DNA from: Mycobacterium tuberculosis H37Rv
Lineage (GTDB): Bacteria > Actinomycetota > Actinomycetes > Mycobacteriales > Mycobacteriaceae
DNA length: 32,000 nucleotides
Assembly (NCBI RefSeq): GCF_000195955.2
Contig: NC_000962.3
Location: forward strand, 3,090,001-3,122,000
Direction: 5' to 3'
Part shown: one piece after another, positions 28,228-32,000 of the stretch
How the letters are laid out: the number at the start of each line of letters is the position of its first letter
Position numbering within the stretch: position 1 is the first letter of the stretch
Program-made: the position numbers and the translations under genes
The notes under the pieces: generated by a model
Seen by the model: only the letters and a program-made list of their open reading frames with translations
Told to the model about the DNA's origin: nothing
Database searches by the model: none

Positions 28228-29036
28228 TGCACAAACTGATCTCGTATTACGGTTTTTCGCGCATGCCATTCGGCCGCGATCTGGCACCGGGCATGCTGCA
28301 TCGCCACAGCGCGCACAACGAAGCGGTCGCCCGCATCGGCTGGTGCATCGCCGACCGCCGCATCGGCGTCATCACCGGCGAAGTCGGCGCCGGCAAGACC
28401 GTCGCCGTGCGCGCCGCACTAGCGAGCCTGGATCGCAGCCGCCACACCATCATCTACCTGCCCGACCCCACCGTCGGCGTCCAGGGCATCCACCACCGCA
28501 TCGTCGCCTCGCTCGGCGGACAACCCCTCACCCACCACGCCACCCTGGCCCCACAGGCCGCCGACGCGCTAGCCGCCGAACAAGCCGAGCGCGGACGCAC
28601 CCCCGTCGTGGTCGTCGAGGAAGCGCACCTGCTCGGCTATGACCAACTGGAGGCGTTGCGGCTCTTGACAAATCACGACCTCGACTCGTCAAGCCCGTTC
28701 GCCTGCCTGCTCATCGGCCAACCCACCCTGCGGCGGCGGATGAAACTCGGCGTGCTCGCCGCGCTTGACCAGCGCATCGGACTCCGATATGCCATGCCGC
28801 CCATGACCGACACCAACACCGGCAGCTACCTACGCCACCACCTCAAGCTAGCCGGACGCGACGATGCCCTGTTCTCCGACGACGCCATCGGGTTGATCCA
28901 CCAGACCAGCCGGGGCTACCCCCGCGCGGTCAACAACCTCGCCCTGCAAGCCCTCGTCGCCGCCTTCGCCGCCGACAAGGCCATCGTCGACGAATCCACC
29001 ACCCGCACCGCCATCGCCGAAGTCACGGCAGACTGA
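28224..29036 (+). CDS. ExeA/TniB-like AAA+ ATPase (Rv2813-like), 270 aa
   Basis: MMHKLISYYGFSRMPFGRDLAPGMLHRHSAHNEAVARI...GVITGEVGAGKTVAVRAAL (Walker A)...PVVVVEEAHLL (Walker B). ATGA overlap with the transposase stop. Confidence 0.93.
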   Translation: MMHKLISYYGFSRMPFGRDLAPGMLHRHSAHNEAVARIGWCIADRRIGVITGEVGAGKTVAVRAALASLDRSRHTIIYLPDPTVGVQGIHHRIVASLGGQPLTHHATLAPQAADALAAEQAERGRTPVVVVEEAHLLGYDQLEALRLLTNHDLDSSSPFACLLIGQPTLRRRMKLGVLAALDQRIGLRYAMPPMTDTNTGSYLRHHLKLAGRDDALFSDDAIGLIHQTSRGYPRAVNNLALQALVAAFAADKAIVDESTTRTAIAEVTAD

Positions 29037-30565
29037 ACACCACACCGACACCCCGAACACCACCGACCCCGCCGGACATCTCCCGGCGGGGTCATTTCAT
29101 GACCAAACGTCCTCACCGTCAACGCCGCCATCATGCTCATCCTGAATGCCGGTCAACAGACGCGGTGGCGACCCAGTCGTCGTAGTTTCCGTCCCCTCTC
29201 GGGGTTTTGGGTCTGACGACTCGGGCACGGCCGAAACACCGCGCGAAGGGCGGTTCAAGTTTCCGTCCCCTCTCGTGGTTTTGGGTCTGACGACTGGGAG
29301 GATGTCACTCGGACATAGCTGTCATCGGCGGTGTGTTTCCGTCCCCTCTCGGGGTTTTGGGTCTGAGGACATGGAGCAGTAGCGTGGCTGTGGTGTGGCG
29401 GGCGATATGCGTTTCCGTCCCCTCTCGGGGTTTTGGGTCTGACGACTGCTGCACCTCCCGCACCCGGTGCGATTCTGCGTCCAGTTTCCGTCCCCTCTCG
29501 GGGTTTTGGGTCCGACGACCCCGATAGTCGCGCTCGTCCATGTCCCACCATGAGGGTTTCCGTCCCCTCTCGGGGTTTTGGGTCTGACGACTACCTGATA
29601 GAAGCCGGAAAGCTCCGTGCCGTCAGGTTTCCGTCCCCTCTCGGGGTTTTGGGTCTGACGACAGGGCACTGGACCTGTATGAGGCACAGATGGCGTACTA
29701 GTTTCCGTCCCCTCTCGGGGTTTTGGGTCTGACGACCCGGATCGGTTACCCACGCCGATTTACTGGCCATCGTCGGGTTTCCGTCCCCTCTCGGGGTTTT
29801 GGGTCTGACGACACTTGCGCGCACAACGCATCCGCCATCCACGGGGCGTTTCCGTCCCCTCTCGGGGTTTTGGGTCTGACGACCTGAAAGGGGGACTGTG
29901 GACGAGTTCGCGCTCAAAATGTTTCCGTCCCCTCTCGGGGTTTTGGGTCTGACGACTTGAACACGCCGATACCTATTTGGTCGGGAGTGATAAAGTTTCC
30001 GTCCCCTCTCGGGGTTTTGGGTCTGACGACCGGACTTGATCGACGCGAACCTGTCTGACGCGAACCTGTTTCCGTCCCCTCTCGGGGTTTTGGGTCTGAC
30101 GACGGCTGGAAAAGGGCGCGGGGCAACCGCATCGTCAAGAGTTTCCGTCCCCTCTCGGGGTTTTGGGTCTGACGACGCGTTGTGGTCGTGTCGTGGAGCC
30201 TGTATTTCGCTGGTTTCCGTCCCCTCTCGGGGTTTTGGGTCTGACGACCATTAGTTGGTGTTGTGATCGCTAAACGCCGGGGCAGTTTCCGTCCCCTCTC
30301 GGGGTTTTGGGTCTGACGACCTATCCGCGGGAAGAGATCACGAATCCGGCGTCGAAGGGTTTCCGTCCCCTCTCGGGGTTTTGGGTCTGACGACATGCTG
30401 AGCTGAGGCGCCGGATGATGGTGGTGCTGAAGGTTTCCGTCCCCTCTCGGGGTTTTGGGTCTGACGACTGACAGGGTGCGGTGGTCGCTGATCGGCTCCC
30501 CGAGTTTCCGTCCCCTCTCGGGGTGAACCGCCCCGGTGAGTCCGGAGACTCTCTGATCTGAGACC

Positions 30566-31552
30566 TCAGCCGGCGGCTGGTCTCTGGCGTTGAGCGTAGT
30601 AGGCAGCCTCGAGTTCGACCGGCGGGACGTCGCCGCAGTACTGGTAGAGGCGGCGATGGTTGAACCAGTCGACCCAGCGCGCGGTGGCCAACTCGACATC
30701 CTCGATGGACCGCCAGGGCTTGCCGGGTTTGATCAGCTCGGTCTTGTATAGGCCGTTGATCGTCTCGGCTAGTGCATTGTCATAGGAGCTTCCGACCGCT
30801 CCGACCGACGGTTGGATGCCTGCCTCGGCGAGCCGCTCGCTGAACCGGATCGATGTGTACTGAGATCCCCTATCCGTATGGTGGATAACGTCTTTCAGGT
30901 CGAGTACGCCTTCTTGTTGGCGGGTCCAGATGGCTTGCTCGATCGCGTCGAGGACCATGGAGGTGGCCATCGTGGAAGCGACCCGCCAGCCCAGGATCCT
31001 GCGAGCGTAGGCGTCGGTGACAAAGGCCACGTAGGCGAACCCTGCCCAGGTCGACACATAGGTGAGGTCTGCTACCCACAGCCGGTTAGGTGCTGGTGGT
31101 CCGAAGCGGCGCTGGACGAGATCGGCGGGACGGGCTGTGGCCGGATCAGCGATCGTGGTCCTGCGGGCTTTGCCGCGGGTGGTCCCGGACAGGCCGAGTT
31201 TGGTCATCAGCCGTTCGACGGTGCATCTGGCCACCTCGATGCCCTCACGGTTCAGGGTTAGCCACACTTTGCGGGCACCGTAAACACCGTAGTTGGCGGC
31301 GTGGACGCGGCTGATGTGCTCCTTGAGTTCGCCATCGCGCAGCTCGCGGCGGCTGGGCTCCCGGTTGATGTGGTCGTAGTAGGTCGATGGGGCGATCGGC
31401 ACACCCAGCTCGGTCAGCTGTGTGCAGATCGACTCGACACCCCACCGCAAACCATCGGGGCCCTCGCGGTGGCCCTGATGATCGGCGATGAACCGGGTAA
31501 TTAGCGTGCTGGCCGGTCGAGCTCGGCCGCGAAGAAAGCCGACGCGGTCTTT
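30566..31552 (-). CDS. IS6110 transposase ORF B region, expressed by frameshift from ORF A
   Basis: FKDRVGFLRGRARPASTLITRFIADHQGHREGPDGLRWGVESICTQLTELGVPIAPSTYYDHINREPSRRE...LWVADLTYVSTWAGFAYVAFVTDAYARRILGW...VIHHTDRGSQYTSIRF...YNNALAETINGLYK-type DDE core. Confidence 0.95.
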   Translation of the reverse strand, partial: KDRVGFLRGRARPASTLITRFIADHQGHREGPDGLRWGVESICTQLTELGVPIAPSTYYDHINREPSRRELRDGELKEHISRVHAANYGVYGARKVWLTLNREGIEVARCTVERLMTKLGLSGTTRGKARRTTIADPATARPADLVQRRFGPPAPNRLWVADLTYVSTWAGFAYVAFVTDAYARRILGWRVASTMATSMVLDAIEQAIWTRQQEGVLDLKDVIHHTDRGSQYTSIRFSERLAEAGIQPSVGAVGSSYDNALAETINGLYKTELIKPGKPWRSIEDVELATARWVDWFNHRRLYQYCGDVPPVELEAAYYAQRQRPAAG

Positions 31553-31827
31553 AAAATCGCGTTCGCCCTTCGCAATTCGGCGTTGTCCCGCCGCAAGCGC
31601 TTCAGCTCAGCGGATTCTTCGGTCGTGGTCCCGGGCCGTGCGCCGGCATCGACCTGCGCCTGGCGCACCCACTTACGCACCGTCTCCGCGCAGCCAACAC
31701 CAAGTAGACGGGCGACCTCACTGATCGCTGCCCACTCCGAATCGTGCTGACCGCGGATCTCTGCGACCATCCGCACCGCCCGCTCACGCAGCTCCGGCGG
31801 GTACCTCCTCGATGAACCACCTGACAT
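31501..31827 (-). CDS. IS6110 ORF A, 108 aa
   Basis: MSGGSSRRYPPELRERAVRMVAEIRGQHDSEWAAISEVARLLGVGCAETVRKWVRQAQVDAG; IS3-family HTH protein. Confidence 0.97.
   Translation of the reverse strand: MSGGSSRRYPPELRERAVRMVAEIRGQHDSEWAAISEVARLLGVGCAETVRKWVRQAQVDAGARPGTTTEESAELKRLRRDNAELRRANAILKTASAFFAAELDRPAR
31549..31556 (-). promoter_or_regulatory. Programmed -1 frameshift slippery sequence of IS6110
   Basis: Reverse complement reads TTTTAAAG where ORF A (AILKTASAFF) and ORF B (FKDRVGFL) frames overlap. Confidence 0.8.
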
Positions 31828-32000
31828 GACCCCATCCTTTCCAAGAACTGGAGTCTCCGGACATGCCGGGGCGGTTCAGGGTTTTGGGTCTGACGACTCG
31901 CGGCGAGCACGTCTCACCCAGCAGGCGGTGAGGTTGGGTTTCCGTCCCCTCTCGGGGTTTTGGGTCTGACGACACGGACGAGCTGGACCGCATCAGCGAT

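Larger units (their letters stand above)
30524..31878 (-). mobile_element. Complete IS6110 (IS3 family), 1355 bp, inserted in a CRISPR repeat
   Basis: 28-bp imperfect terminal inverted repeats (TGAACCGCCCCGGTGAGTCCGGAGACTC / TGAACCGCCCCGGCATGTCCGGAGACTC, 3 mismatches) and a GGG target-site duplication inside the repeat. Confidence 0.99.
29185..32000 (-). CRISPR. M. tuberculosis-type direct-repeat CRISPR array, 36-bp repeats; continues beyond the right edge
   Basis: Consensus GTTTCCGTCCCCTCTCGGGGTTTTGGGTCTGACGAC. Intact repeats start at 29185, 29259, 29335, 29411, 29484, 29556, 29627, 29701, 29777, 29848, 29921, 29995, 30068, 30141, 30213, 30285, 30359, 30433 and 31938; one repeat is split by IS6110 (30504-30523 and 31879-31897). 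Spacers are 35-40 bp. The minus-strand call rests on recalled cas1/cas2 placement outside the window. Confidence 0.99.

Noticed and set aside
29146-30699. Multiple ORFs with repeated RFPSPLGVLGLTT or QTQNPERGRKP motifs on both strands
   Set aside because: These are translations of the CRISPR repeats, not tandem-repeat proteins.
26100-32000. Possible CRISPR-associated transposon (CAST) from the transposase/ATPase cassette next to the array
   Set aside because: No Cascade, Cas12k or recognisable TniQ gene is in the window, and the array is the known M. tuberculosis-type one, which I recall as type III-A. Proximity alone does not support a functional link.
1-32000. tRNA or rRNA genes
   Set aside because: No recognisable tRNA cloverleaf or rRNA sequence was noticed on reading. 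A tRNAscan-SE/Infernal run would be needed to exclude them formally.

Overview
The window matches the Mycobacterium tuberculosis complex chromosome from pepR/gpsI (Rv2782c/Rv2783c) to the direct-repeat CRISPR locus. This rests on recalled protein sequences and gene order, the 36-bp repeat, and recalled spoligotype spacers, not on a database search. Left two-thirds (ordinary chromosome): pepR (partial), gpsI, lppU, rpsO, ribF, a TPR+ParA/MinD-like protein, sirR, fadE21, ltp1, an IS607-type element (serine recombinase + TnpB), truB, pptT, pptH, lppV, a DUF1023-type alpha/beta hydrolase with a WXG-like partner, a DUF3558-like protein, a CocE/NonD-like hydrolase, and mazEF9. Right third (accessory): a DUF2293-like gene, a TacA-like antitoxin with a GNAT toxin frameshifted by a 5-bp tandem repeat, a transposase gene and its exact-offset partial copy, a truncated toxin-like C-terminus overlapping a small downstream gene, an ISL3-type transposase remnant, a three-gene cassette (zinc-ribbon protein, DDE transposase, ExeA/TniB-like ATPase), and a CRISPR array. 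The array has 18 intact repeats, one repeat split by a complete 1355-bp IS6110 with a GGG target duplication, and one more repeat before the window edge. I see no wholly new large system. The best leads are the decayed toxin/small-gene remnant, the slippage-inactivated TacAT-like pair, the TnpB element and its predicted guide RNA, the WXG/hydrolase/lipoprotein operon, and the three-gene transposon beside the CRISPR array.
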